Shown here: positions 1-15,564 of the stretch, one piece after another
Layout of the letters: each line of letters begins with the position of its first letter
Numbering within the stretch: the stretch's first letter is position 1
Assembly (NCBI RefSeq): GCF_009914755.1
Contig: NC_060936.1
Direction: 5' to 3' (one strand)
Length of the DNA: 64,000 bases
DNA from: the human T2T-CHM13v2.0 reference genome, Homo sapiens
Translations under genes and position numbers: made by a program
The notes under the pieces: model-generated
Databases searched by the model: none
What the model was told of the DNA's origin: nothing
What the model saw: the letters and a program-made list of their open reading frames with translations, nothing else

Positions 1-35
1 TTTTTTCCCTGTAAAATAAACTGAAGGTGATGTGA

Positions 36-401
<366 letters not shown>

Positions 402-550
402 TGTTATTTATTTATTTGGAGGGCTTTTTTCCCCCTTCTTATGTGGGAGGTGGTAAGAGGAAGGGAATTTTATCGTGTTCATCCAGCCAAATGTGCTCCC
501 AAATGGAGTGGTTTGGTGCCATGCCATTCAAATATAAATTTGTTCATTCA

Positions 551-849
551 GCTGGGTGCGGTGGCTCATGCCTGTAATCCCAGCACTTTGGGACACTGAG
601 GCAGGCAGACTACTTGAGGTCGGGAGTTTGAGACCAGCCTGGCTTACATGGTGAAACCCCGTCTCTACTAAAACTACAAAAATTAGCTGGGTGTGGTGGT
701 GGGCGCCTGTAATCCCACTACTCGGGAGGCTGAGGCAGGAGAATCGTTTAAACTGGGAGGCGGAGGTTGCAATAAGCCAAGATTGCACCACTGTACTCCA
801 GCCTGGGTGACAGAGCAAGACTCCATCTCAAAAATAAAAATAAATAAAT
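551..849 (+). mobile_element. Alu SINE (AluS), full length, inserted in an L2 3' end
   Basis: gctgggtgcggtggctcatgcctgtaatccc... through A-rich tail; degenerate TSD ataaatttgttcatt/ataaattcgttaatt. Confidence 0.95.
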
Positions 850-1510
850 TCGTTAATTTAATACTTTTTGAGCTCCTGCCAGGTGCCAGGCACTATTGTA
901 GATGATGGGGACACATTAAAAAATCCAGGGCGACCTGAATGATGAGAAGCAGCAAGTCACGTATAGATCTGGAGGAATAATGTTCCAGGCAGAGGGAACA
1001 GCCAGTGTAGAGCCTGAGATGGGAATGAGCCTGGGGGTAGGGGGAGTTAAGGAACAGCAGGATATAATGTGGCTCACAGAGGATGAAGTGGGGAGAGGGT
1101 CAGAGAGGTGGGTAGGAGGAAGATCACACCATGCCCTGTCACCATAAGGCATTTGAATGTTACTCTGAAGGACATAGGAAGCCATTGGATGATTTTAAGC
1201 AGGGAAGCGACATAATCCGACATATTTTTGAAGGATCACTCTGGCTGCTGTTGGGAGAATAGAGGGGACAGGAGTAGAAGCCTGGAGCTGAGTTAGGAAG
1301 TGTTGAAACAGTCCAGGTGAGAGATGGTGGCCGTTTGAACCAGGGGGTAGCAATGGAAATGGTTAGACGTGGATGCACTTGGCATGGGCAGCTTGCAGAA
1401 CTTGCTGATTCATTTACAGTTTTGATTGAGAAAAAGAGAGGAATCAAGGTTGACTCCTGCCTTTTCAGCCAGAATAGACTGAAGCATTATCCCCTATAAT
1501 GGAAAAGACT
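850..1510 (-). mobile_element. L2 LINE relic (3' region)
   Basis: ttgagctcctgccaggtgccaggcactattg, gaaggatcactctggctgctg, gtccaggtgagagatggtggc resemble antisense L2. Confidence 0.75.
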
Positions 1511-1899
1511 GAAGGAGACACAGTTCATAAACAAGTAAATCTGAAAAACATCACCTATTGTATTTTCTTTTTAGTAAATTCACAGTAGCATATTCAAGTT
1601 CTGAGATGTCCTGCATTGAGGAGATCTGCTTAACATTGGCTAACCTAGTGCTTCCCAAAGTTATTTGATCAAGCAATTGTCTGTCTTTGCCACACAGAAC
1701 ATGTGGTAAGATTCTGCAGACTTTCCTTGAATAACATCAGTATTAGCATGTTAGAATCTTGTGTGTGTGTGTGTGACTTTGTCGGCCTACATTGGGCAAG
1801 TGACTTGCAGTTGTGCAGTGTTCTGTATTCTGATAGATGTGCTTTTGCTCTTTGCACCTCCAAATACTTCCCCAAATTAAGCCACCATCTTCTTTCATC

Positions 1900-2480
1900 T
1901 AACTCGTATTCCTGCCTCTAGCCTAATGCAAGCATATCTGCACACCAAATCAAAGAGAGCTAATAGGAAGAATCTGACTGTGCCACTCCCCTGTGTAAAA
2001 CCTTCAATGGCTCCCCATTGTCTTCTAGATGAATACCAAATGCTTTACTATGGCTTTGCCATACGCTTGATAATATGGCTTCTGCCTGTCTTCCCAGATA
2101 TCCTTTTGCTCTGTGTTCCAGCTAAACTGAACTTTTTAAAGCTTTTGTGTGCTCTCCCACCTCTAAGCTTTAGTACATTCTCTTCCTTCTTCCTGGAATA
2201 CTGTCCAAACTCCTTTTGCTCAATCTTTAGGTATTATCTTGCGTAGCACCTTTCTTGGAGGAATCTTCTGTTTTCTCATGATTGAGGCAGGCATTCCTTC
2301 TTTGTTCTCATGGTCTCCCTAGCTTTTATAGAATTCATCACATGACATTTTCATTTGTCTCTTTCCTGCCAACAGTTGAGTTCGATGACAGCATGGCTGA
2401 TTGTCTTGTTTCCCATGAAAACCCCCAGTGCCTAGCACAACGCCTGGCACAGAGTGGATTTTAATTTATTTTATTCACCG
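1900..2480 (+). mobile_element. L2 LINE relic
   Basis: aaaaccttcaatggctccccattg ... ccccagtgcctagcacaacgcctggcacagagt resembles the L2 3' end. Confidence 0.7.
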
Positions 2481-3136
2481 AGTGAGTGTAGCTCCCTGGA
2501 TCCTTATCAAATCCAAACTACTGACAGTTCCCTATTCCTCTGCTTCTTAGCACTGGATGTCAGCATCCTGATCTGGGAGTCTTAAAATTGTCACAGAATT
2601 AGGAGGCTCAGAAGGTCATTGAATGCTTCTCTCTGTCTTTAGGCTTAATACTGCTCAGAGGCCATCCATGATTTGATGGTCTCCTTTTACAGATGGGGAG
2701 GCTGGAGGTCATGGGACATTGACCAAGACAGTGATTCAATTCAGCAAGCCTGTGCTGGGAGTTCAAAGATGAATAAGACACAGTTCATGTCTTGGGGAGC
2801 ATGCAGACAGGGAAATAGACTCACAAATAAAGTTCAGGGAAGAAAATGCTGAAATGGAGATTTTTGGAGCATTTTATGGGAGTATAGAAGAGGGAATAGT
2901 TAACACAGCTCTGAGCCAGCCGAGGGATTGGAGAAGCTCTAGGAGAAAAAATAATACTTAACCTTGACTTTTAGAGGTGCCTAGGAATTTTCCAGCTAGG
3001 AATCTCAGGATGGGAGTGTGAAAGGAGTATGCTCAGGGTAAAGGAAGGACATGGAGATGTGAGGGTTGGTGGCATATTTGGGGACCAATGAATGAGTCAT
3101 ATGCCTACGGGATCCAGCCATGATTGAGACTAAGTG

Positions 3137-3640
3137 TGTATTAGTTAGGGTGCTTTTGCCTATGAGTAAAAGAAAGCTCTGTCAGAAATGGTTCAAATAT
3201 TAGGAAAGAAATATTTTGCATCACAGGAAGTCTGGAGGGAGATGATTCCAGAGTGGCTAATTCAGTGGCTCAGCTAGGTCACTAAGAACTCAAAGTTTTT
3301 CCGTATTTCCACACTGGCATTCCAGTGAAGGAATTTGAGGCTGTGTTCTCCTCTGTTGATTTTTCTAGTTTTAATCCGTGAGGGAGATATATCCCAGAGG
3401 ACTCACCAGCCCTCTTACCCCCAAGTCCCGTTGGCTAGGATTGTGTCACGCGCCTAAGCCTAAGCGAGTCTCTAGAGAGGGATGTGTGCCCACCATGACT
3501 GACTTAGGCTAATCAAGATTCACACTGACACCCAGGGTTGGGGAGGGACACGAGTGCACGTGGCTGCTCAATAGATGAACAAAATCTGTTAGCAAGAGGC
3601 AGGAGGTCACTGGAATAGGCAGCCAGTTTTGGCCACTGAC
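3137..3640 (-). mobile_element. Old MaLR LTR (MLT1-like)
   Basis: tgtattagttagggtgcttttg start; ttggctaggattgtgtcacgcgcc internal MLT1-type motif. Confidence 0.5.
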
Positions 3641-3689
3641 AAAGACCTGGAGCGCCTGAGCTTTGTCCTGAGCTCTGGCCCAATGTTGC

Positions 3690-3860
3690 CACAAGGGAAG
3701 GGACCTAGCATTGTCAGACCTTGCAATTCTTAAAAAAAATAAAATCCAGAACTAGAGATTTTTCACACAAAGTCTTGTGATTTCCAAATGTCGACAACCA
3801 GCTCAGATAAAAAACAATTTGTTTAGTCCAAATAAAGTGTTTGTGGTCAGACAATCAGAT
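3690..3860. mobile_element. hAT-Charlie relic (MER102-like)
   Basis: Resembles the reverse complement of the 63.6-63.85 kb element (ccagaactagagatttt...caaatgtcgacaac). Confidence 0.4.
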
Positions 3861-4247
3861 ACATATACAGAGTCTAGAGGGAAGGACTTCCTTCAGCACG
3901 ATTTCAATTCTCTTACCCGCTGCAGAAATGAACACTTTTAGCAGTGCACCTGTCATTCCAGACCTGTCATTTTTCTCTGAACTTGCATACACTAAGTATA
4001 CATAGATAGTTTTGTTTTCTTGGTGTGTATTTAACCTCAGTGGGATCTTACTATGCATATTGATTTACAACAAGCTCTTTTCAGTTAACAGTAGTGTCTC
4101 AGAGATCATTCCATGTCAGTTCATAGAGATTCATGAAAGAGAGAGAGATTGAGTCACGGCAGTTATGCCTGTTTAGAATACACTGTTTCCTGGCAGTGCA
4201 AGTGACAAGTGATATTCTCCAGCACTAGATGGTGATACAGCTAGAGC

Positions 4248-4708
4248 CGTGCTGTCCAGTATGGAGGCCACTAGTCCCACCTGGCTGCTGAGCATTTGGA
4301 ATGTGTCTAATCTCAGTTGAAATGTGCCGCAAGGTATAAAATACACACTGGGTTTCAATGACTTCGTATGAATGAAAGGATGTAAATTATCTCATTTATA
4401 ATTCTTCATAATGTCACAGGTTGATGTTATATTTAGGACATATTGGGTTACATAAAATGTCTTATTAAAATTAATTTTGGAGCCAGGCACGGTGGCTCAT
4501 GACTGTAATCCCAGCACTTTGGGAGCCTGAGTGGGGAGGATACCTTGAGCCTAGGAGTTTGAGATCAGCCTGAGCAACACAGTGAAACCGTGTCTCTAAA
4601 AAAAATTAAAAAACGAATTGCAATAGTTTATTTTTACTTCTTTAATGTGGCCAATAGAAAATTTAAGATAAAAGATGTATCTCGCATTCAACTTCTATTG
4701 GACAGTGC
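4248..4708 (-). mobile_element. MER33 hAT-Charlie DNA transposon, interrupted by an Alu monomer
   Basis: TIR-like ends gtgctgtccagta ... tattggacagtgc; internal aaaatacacactgggtttc motif. Confidence 0.8.
4480..4612 (+). mobile_element. FLAM (free left Alu monomer)
   Basis: Single left arm gagccaggcacggtggctc...gtgtctct then A tail. Confidence 0.85.
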
Positions 4709-5373
4709 CAATAGCTAGACTGTGAGGCCCAGGAGGGCAGAGACCTTGGCTCTGTGCTTTATCCCTGAACCTTCAGTCTCTAACACAACACCTGACATAT
4801 AGCAAGTGCTCGGTGAGTTTTTATTAAATAAGGCTGGACATGTGAGTAATGCAAAGGTTTATAGTTTACGAACTTCAATGATTGGTTTAGTATCCAACTA
4901 TAATATCTCTGCTATTTCTTGGGCTTTACTAATTTTTTTCTGCAAATCTTTAGGAACTCTCCTTTTTTTTTAATAAGTGTCTTACATAATGATTTAATTT
5001 AGATTTAACAAGCCAGTTATTATAGGTCAATTAAATGCCACTTTATGATTTAAAACCTATTTATCCAGATTAATAGCCATTAAATGGTTTTATCACACCT
5101 CATTTTGGTTAATATTGTTTAAAAATATTTTCAATTATTTAAAGCCTCATTTTACACCCACTGACACTTAAAATAAGTCCTTTAAAGTTAAGATAATTTG
5201 CCTTAAAAAGAAAAACTCCTTAGTCATTTGCAAACTGATTTATTATGGAAGAATAAACAGAATTTGCTAAAAAGCAAAATACACTTAAGGGTTCTACAAA
5301 CAATTAATACAAGGTGATGAGCAAGTAGAAAAAGTTGACTCAACAGTGAGCTCACATTTAAGCGTTACTATAT

Positions 5374-5812
5374 TTCTTAATAACAGCTTTATTGAGATAT
5401 AATTCACATACCATAAAATTCACCCTTTTAAAGTATACAATTCAGTGATTTTTAGTATATTTACAGTTGTGTAACCATCATCATTATCTAGTTCCAGATC
5501 ATTTCCATTGCTCCAAGATGGAATCCCATACCTATTAGCAGTAAGTCCCAATTCCTCCTCTCCCCAGGCCCTGACAACCATGAATCTACTTTCTGTCTCC
5601 ATAAATTTGCCTATTCCGGACATTTCATATAAATGGAATTCTACAATATGTAGCCTTTTGTGTCTGGCTTCTGTCACTCAGCACAATGCTTTCAAAGTTC
5701 ATTCATGTTGTGGCATGGATCAGTACTTCATATTTCTATGGCTGAGTAATGTTCCACAATAGACCACATTTTGTTGATCCACTAATCAACAAATGAACAT
5801 TTGGGTTGTTGA
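5374..5812 (-). mobile_element. L1M (L1MB-like) 3' end
   Basis: cagctttattgagatataattcacataccataaaattcacc...; ORF 5420-5677 is an L1 3' end translation artefact. Confidence 0.85.
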
Positions 5813-5880
5813 AAAGTATTAGTCTTTTAAAACTACGCAGCTTATAACATAAATCTCATATGGTAGGTATGTGTGCTACT

Positions 5881-6107
5881 AATAATCATTAATATTTATT
5901 GAGCACTTATTATGTACTAGGTGTTGTTCTCAATGTTTTGTATGTTTAGTTCATTTAGTTCTCAAACAGCCCTATGAGAGAAGGGCGCCTGTTACCCACT
6001 TTGTTCTTGTGAGGAAGTCGGGAAATAGGGACATTAATTAACCTATCTCAGGACACACAGCTAGTAAGCAATTCAAACCCAGAAAGTCCGGCTTCAGAGC
6101 CTGCACT
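5881..6107 (-). mobile_element. MIR SINE
   Basis: atttattgagcacttattatgtactagg ... cacacagctagtaag ... attcaaacccag. Confidence 0.8.
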
Positions 6108-6383
6108 TTGTTTTTCATTAAAAATTTATCATATAATAAAACTGAGTTTTGTTGGGCAGGGGGAGAATATACAGCTCTATGAATCTTAACACATATATAC
6201 ACTTGTGTAATCACCACCAAAATCACATAAAGAACTGTTCCATAACCCCCAAATACTCTCCTCTGTTCTTCCTTTATAGCCATGCCCTCCCCATCCCTAA
6301 CCTTTAGCAACCACTGATTATTCTTCATTGTATAGTTTTTTTTTCCTGAGAATATCATATAGGTGGAATTATGCATTATGTAA

Positions 6384-6818
<435 letters not shown>

Positions 6819-7437
6819 ATCATCCAGTTTTTTAAGAGTAAAATTTTAATTGAGGTGCAACAGCCAACTAGAATGTGTTCAAATTATATATACACAGATT
6901 GACGTATTTTCACGAAGTGAGCAAACCTGTGTAATCACCCTCCAGATTCAGAACTTGAACACTGCCAGTGCCATAGATGGTCCAGCCAGGGTGCTCTCGT
7001 ACAGGTAACCTTACTTCTTATTCTTATTTCTATCACCATAGGATAATTTGGCCTGTTTTTGAACTTTATAGAAATGAAATAATATAAAACATATTATTTT
7101 AACCTGACTTCTTTTGGCCAATATGTTTGTGATATTTTTTTCATGTAGCAGTAGTTTACTCTGTCTCATTGCTCAATTATATTTCATCTTTTAAAAATAT
7201 GTCACAATGTATTTATTTATGCTACTAATAGTGGACATTTGGATTGTTTCTAGTTTGGGGCTATTTTGAGAAGTAAAATTACCGGATGATAGGGTGTGTG
7301 TATGTTTGGCTATAGTAGATACTGCCAAATATTTTTCTAAAGTGAATGTATCAATTTTCACTGCACCAACAGTATATGAGAACTTCAGTTGCTCCACATT
7401 GCTAACAATACTTGATGCTGTCATTTTAAAAGAATCA

Positions 7438-7818
<381 letters not shown>

Positions 7819-8047
7819 CTAATGACTAATGATATTGAACACCTTTCCTTATGTTTCCTGATTATTTACATATCCCGTGTGAAGTGTCTGCTTGAGCCTT
7901 TTACCCATTTTAAAAATGGATTGTCTGTATTTTGTTATTGATTTGTATATTTGAATGTGTGTTTTCTAAATATGAGACATTTGTTAGTAATGTGTATTAC
8001 AAATCTCTTCCTTCTCTTGGGTGTTGCCCTTTCACTCTCTTATTGAT

Positions 8048-8800
<753 letters not shown>

Positions 8801-9459
8801 ATTTCATTGATTTGTTTGATGAATAGAAGTTCTTAGTTTTAATGAAGTCAAATTTATCAATCATTTTACTTGGTCTGTGCTTTTTATGTCCTGATGAAAA
8901 AAACTTTGCCTATTCCAGGTTTATGTTTCACAAAACCTTTGATTATTGTACCTTTGCATTTAATTATATGATCCACCTGGAATTTATTTTTGTATAAAGT
9001 ATGAAGCAAGATTCTTTTTTAATATCCATATGGACTTCCAATGACCAGCCACTGGGTTTTAAAAACACCATCTTTCCCTATTGCAGTGCAATGGTGTCTA
9101 TGTCATAAATTAAGTAACCATATATTGTGGGCCTATTTCTGGACTGCATATTCTTTTACTGAACTCTCTGTCTATCCTTGTAATAGTACCCTCCACTATC
9201 TTAATTACGATAGATTTATCATAAATCTTAATATCTGGAAGGTTTAATCTCGTAGCTTAGACAATTATCAAAATTGTCTTGAATATTCTTGGCCCCCTTT
9301 GTTTCCGTTATAGAGTCAGCTTATCAATTGTGACAAAAAAGAAACCCGCTGATATTTTGCTTGGAGTTTCATTAAATCCATAGATCAATTGAGGGAGAAT
9401 GACTTCTTTGCAATATTGAGCCTTCTACTCCTTATTTACTCCGCATTTCATTAGGTCTT

Positions 9460-9850
9460 TTATCAGTTAGGGTCCAATGAGGAGACAGAAACCAGATTAG
9501 TAATTTGAACAGGGAAAATTTAATATAAAAAATGTTAACTAGTCTAACCAGTAAAAAGGTGGATAACTACTTAAAAAGAGAGAGGAGGACCCAAAGAGGT
9601 ACAAAAAGAGCAACTGCAGAAAGCAGCCACCAAGGCACAGGGATAGTAAATAGGTGAAGATACTTAGAAACTTAAAAGGGTCCCCTTCTCACTGCTAAGG
9701 GTGCGAGACTTCTTTGGAGAAGGTGCGGCTGCCATCACCAGTGATGAAGAAATAGGAGGATGTGGGTCACAGCTGACCCATAGGAGTGGCCTACCATTGA
9801 ATGATGGAGAAGGTTGCCCAAGGAACTGAGCCAAAATGCTGGTCTGCAGG
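9460..9850 (-). mobile_element. Old ERVL-type LTR fragment interrupting L1
   Basis: tatcagttagggtccaatgaggagacagaaacc resembles a reversed LTR end; composition switches from T-rich to purine-rich. Confidence 0.4.
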
Positions 9851-10007
9851 ATTTCTGATGTAGTGAGTAAAAGAGGTGATAATGCACATCCTTACTCATT
9901 CCCCACCACAGAGAGAAACTTTCAGTATTTCACCACTATGTGAATGTTTTTGTTGGCTCTAGTGTTTTTTTTTTGGTAGCTAGCCTTTATCAAAACTACT
10001 CCTAGTT

Positions 10008-10382
<375 letters not shown>

Positions 10383-11379
10383 TCATCTGTTGAGATAATT
10401 CTACGCTTTTTTGTTCTTTATTTAATTAATGTGAGAATTATATTAATTTCTTTTCAAATGTGAAACCAATTTTGTACTCTTAGGAGAAACCAAACTTGGT
10501 CATAATACAGAATCCTTGTTATGTATTGCTGCATTTGATTCAATAATATTTTGTTTAGGATTTTTGCATTTGGGTCCATGAACGAGATTGGCCTATGATT
10601 TTCTTTTCCATGCAATTTCCTTGTCAGGTTTTGATTTCTGGGTGTATGTATCAAGGCTATGCTGACTTCAGAAAAAAAAAAATAGAGAAGTGTTTCATTT
10701 TTTTCTATTTCCTATTAGAGGTTGGGGAAGGTCATCACTATTTCTTTTATAAAAGCTTCGAAGAATTCACCAGTGAAGATATCTGGGCCTGGAGATTGTG
10801 GGAAAGTTAATTACAGATTCAATTTCTTTAATAGATATGGAAGTATTCAGATGTTTTTTCTTGTGTCAGTTTTCACAAGGTGTGTTTTCCTAGTTTTTAT
10901 GCTTCATCTCAGTTGTCAAATTCTATTGGCATGAAGTTGTTTATAACGTTCTGTTATTATCTTTTCAACACACATAAAATCTTGCTTGGCATTTATCAAT
11001 TTTATTAGCCTTTTCAAAGAACAAATTTTAGGCTTTGTTGACTTTCTCTATTGTAAGTTTGCTTTTTATTTTTATTGATTTCTGCTTTTATCTTTATTAT
11101 TTTCTTTCTTCTTTCTTTGAGTTTGATTTGTTGTACTTTCTCTAACTTCTTGAGATGGCTATTTATATCATTGATTTCCATCCTCTTTTCTTTCCTAATT
11201 TATCCATTTAAAGCTGTAAGTTTTTGTCTAACCAAAGTATCATTCAGTTCAAAATACTCCCTAATTTTCTTTATGATTTCTTATTAATTTCCATGCAGAT
11301 TTAAAAATAAAAAATGTGTTTAGTTATTTGTCATTATTGATTTCTATCATAATTGCATTGTGGTCAGAATATGTATTCT

Positions 11380-11569
11380 TATGTATGTATGTATGTATAT
11401 ATGTAGGTATTTATTTTACTTTTTGAGACAGGGTCTCACTCTTGTCACCCAGGCTGAAGTGCAGTGGTGCAATCGTGGCTTACTGCAGCCTTGAACTTCT
11501 GATCTCAAGTTATCCTCTGGCCTCATCTCCCAAGTAGCTGGGACTACAGGCATGCCCACCATGCCCAGC
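11380..11569 (-). mobile_element. FRAM/AluJ right monomer with (TATG)n tail
   Basis: Right-arm-only sequence; TSD tcagaatat(g/a)tattct at 11364-11379 and 11570-11585. Confidence 0.85.
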
Positions 11570-14180
11570 TCAGAATATATATTCTGAATAATATTAACCC
11601 TTTGAAATTTGTTTAAATTTGCTTTATGACTCAGTGTTTGATTAATTAGGTAAATGTTCACTGTGTACCTGAAATAATATGTATTTTGCTACAGTTGGGT
11701 ACGGTGGATATTTATCTTCTGTTTTACTAATCCCCCACCGCTTTTATAGCTGTGTACAATCTACTGTTAAATATGCTACTAAATTCTTAATTTCAGTTAT
11801 TTGTATTTTTAGGTTCTAGGATTTACATTTGGCCCTTTTCTATGGATTTCAGTTAGCTAGTAACATTCTGTAAATGTCAAACAAGTCAAATTCATTAATT
11901 GTGCTGTTTAGATCTTCTTTACTGCTCCCACTTTTTTGTCTGCTTGTTTTATTATTTACTTAGTGAGGTTGTTAAAATATTTAATAAGTTATAGATTTAT
12001 CTACTTTTCTTTTTAATCAATTTTTTTGGTTTATATATTTTGAAAGTATGCTATTATGTGCATGCAAGTATAAAATTGTTTTATTTTCCTGGCAGATTAA
12101 ACCTTCCATTGAACTTGTCCTCTTTGTATCTACTTATGCATCTTGCCTTCAAGTTTATTTGCCCTGATAGTAGTATAGCTACACCAGTTTTCTTTTGACT
12201 GTTGCTTTTCCCCTCTTTTTACTTTCAACTTTCTGTGCCCTTATTTTTAGAGCATATCTCATGTAAACAGTATTTAACTGTTTTATTCTAATGTAGTCTG
12301 CCAAGCTAGATCTTTTAATTGGAATAGTTAGTCTATTTACATTTAATGTAATTACTGATATTTTTGATTTTATATCTACCATGTTACTATTACTTTTTCT
12401 ATTGGTTCCACTTGAGTTTTTTTCCTTTTTTCTTTCATTTGGACCAATCCATTAAAAAATTAAATTGGTATTTCTTCTATTAACCTGTTAGTTATACCTG
12501 CTTTTAGTAATTACCCTAGAAATAAAGACATGCCTTCTTTGTTTTTTTGAGTCTGATATAAATCCGTATCTTTATTACTTGTAAGTATCTTTATTACTTG
12601 TAAATACTAAGGACTATGAACACTATAAATTAATTTATCTTTCTCCTGCCTTTTGTGTTTTTGATTTTATTTATTTAAATCTATGTATATTTAGAAACTC
12701 ATAAGAAATTATTGCTATTGTTTTCAGTATTCATTCAGATCTATTTAATACCCTTTCTGTTGCTCTTCAATCCCTCCTGTATTTCTGTCTGTGATCATTT
12801 TCCTTTACCTGCAGAATCTCCTTAAATGTTTGTTTTTAGTTGGCTCTGCTGGTGACAAATTCTCTGTTTTATTTTATTCAAAATATATTTACCTTCCTGT
12901 TTAATGATACTTTCAGTATGTATAGAATCCTATCTTGAATGATACTTTCTCTGGTTGTCTTTTTGCCTCCATCATCTCTGCTGAGAAGTCAGATCTCATG
13001 TACTTGCCTCTTTGATATCAATGTCTTTTTTTCCCTGATTTTAAGTTTTTAAATTTCATTTGTTTTTAGGTTTCATTGTATTGTGATGTGTCTAGCTGTG
13101 GTTTTCTTTGTATGTATCCTGCTTGGGGTTCTCTGAACATCTTGAATCTATGTCTTGATGTTTTTACTCAGTTTTGGAAATTTCTTGGCTATGATTTTTT
13201 GCAAATATTGCTTCCACATTCTCTGTATTCTTTAATTCTGGGGCTCCATTTATACATATGTTAGAACTTTTTACTGTGTCTCTTTTGCTTCTGATTTTCT
13301 TTTTTGATTTTCCATCTCATTTTTTTTCTTCAGCTTTAGTCTGGATATTTTCTACTGACTTATCTCCTGTTTCACTAATCTTTTTTCTTTTCTTTGTTTT
13401 TAAATTAGTCTATAATCTACTGCTAGACATTCTAGTAAATTCTTACTTTCAAATTTGTATTTTCAGGTTTTAGGATTTCTACTTGGTTCTGTTTTTATAG
13501 ATTTAAGCTCCCTGGTCAAAATATCCATCTTGTCATCTATTTTCTTGATTATGTTAACCATAGTTATTTTAGATAACTCCAATATCTGGATCAGCTGGAT
13601 CAGAGATTTTTTTCCCACTTGTTAACTAGTTTTTTTGTTTTTGTTTTTGTTTTCTTGGCTTGGGTTTGTACTATACCTGGTAAATTTTGGTGGAATAATA
13701 GACATTGGGTATAAGACTTGTACAGGTTCTAGGTGATACCTTTTTCAGGGAGTATCTTCCCTGTCCTCTGGCTGGCAGCTAGGCATACAGAGGGCCATAT
13801 CACCTCTATTCACTTAGGGAGTAAGCTGGCTAAGGGGTAGGTTGTGATCTTCATAATGCTCAGCCTGCCTCCAATTGACACCCACCCCTCTGGAACCAGG
13901 GCTCCCAGATGAGAACCAGGGCTGTGTTTACTAAGGCATCTCCTAATTGGTGGTCCTGGACTCCAATTTTGTGCCACAGTATTAGAAGAATGCCAAGAAC
14001 TCAGCTCAGCTTTTCAACTGCTTTTGCTTTGATTCTAAAATACTCGCCTTATACGGCATTAATAAGGGAAAAATTGGTGCAGTGTTTGTGAATCACTTCT
14101 CATTACCTCCTTTTTGTGGGAGATATTTGGACTCTCATCTCCTAGATGTTTTGACACCCTAAAATGCTAATTTCCATCTC

Positions 14181-14686
14181 TGTTGGGAATAGGCCCCCAA
14201 ATCTGATAAACTGGCCCAAAGACTGGCCATAAAAAAAAAAAATCCCTGCAGCACTGTGATATGTTCTTGATGGCCATGATGCCCACACTGGAAGGTTGTG
14301 GATTTACTGGAATGAGGCAAGGAACACCTGGCCCACCCAGGGCAGAAAACCTCTTAAAGGTGTTCTTAAACCACAAACAATAGCATGAGCAATCTGTGCC
14401 TTAAGGACATGCTCCTGCTGCAGACAACTAGCCAGAGCTCATCCCTTTACTTTGGCCCATTCCTTTATTTCCCATAAGGAATACTTTCAGTTTCTAATCT
14501 ATAGAAACAATGCTTATCACTGGCTTGCTGTCAATAAATATGTGGATAAATCTCTCTTGGAGGCTGTCAGCTCTGAAGGCTGTGAGATCCTGATTTCCCA
14601 CTCCACACTCTGTATTTCTGTGTGTGTGTCTTTAATTCCTCTAGTGCTGCTGGGTTAGGGTCTCCCCGACTGAGCTGATCTCGGCA
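14181..14686 (+). mobile_element. MER9 solo LTR (HERV-K HML-3)
   Basis: TG...CA termini, tgttgggaataggcccccaaatct start, AATAAA near 14534; 6-bp TSD catctc/cgtctc typical of ERVK. Confidence 0.9.
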
Positions 14687-15564
14687 CGTCTCTATTCTCA
14701 GGGGGTTTCCTCTCATTCTGATGACTTCTCTGCCTCTTAGCAGTATCCCTGTCTTCCATTTCTCAGCCTTTCATTCCATGGCATTTAAGAATCATCAGTG
14801 CCCCAAGGGAGAATGTGGTGCACAAAATGTTGATCATACCACACTAAACTCCCTTGCTTTCCAGGACTCAAGTATTTGTTGCTCCCTGATCCTTTCAGAC
14901 GTTTTGTGTGTTTGTGTTCTATCCTGCTTTTCTAGTCATACTTGGTAGGAACATCAGTCTGCCTGGAACTACTCTATTACACCTGCACTTGAAAGTTTTA
15001 TAATTTATTCTTTCTTGTGAATGCCTTCTCTTCCAGGCTTCATATTTTGTTTATGCTTCTGGTCCCTTGCAGTTTCTATTTTCTGCACATTGTCTACCAG
15101 GGCTGCTGGTTTCACGACACAGGTTGTGTGTACAGTGTCGCTGGAGTCCCCCATGGTTGTACAATGTGGCATTTCTGCGGCTCACCCTAGAAGGCCCAGA
15201 ATGATCTGGCCGCTTGCTAACTGTCTTGGTGCCACTTAGGAAAATATGTTCACAATTCAGAATGAGCCACAGAGATATTCTTCAGGGAGGCCTTTCTTTG
15301 CACCTCAGCCAAGTCCTCTTAGTAAACTCTCATGAACCCTCCACATTATTTCTACATGGATTTTCCTGCAAGTGAACTTTTCTCTTGATTTGTGAAAGAG
15401 GCTGGGTAATCTACTCACTTCAGAAGGTAGGCTGGACTGTGAAGATAGTGACCTTGTCAATCTTTTTTACCACTACATCACCAGTGCCCACCACAGTTTG
15501 TCCTACACATGTATTGACTTAAATTTTTTTTATTGTTAAGAACATTTGATTTCACAAACTATCC

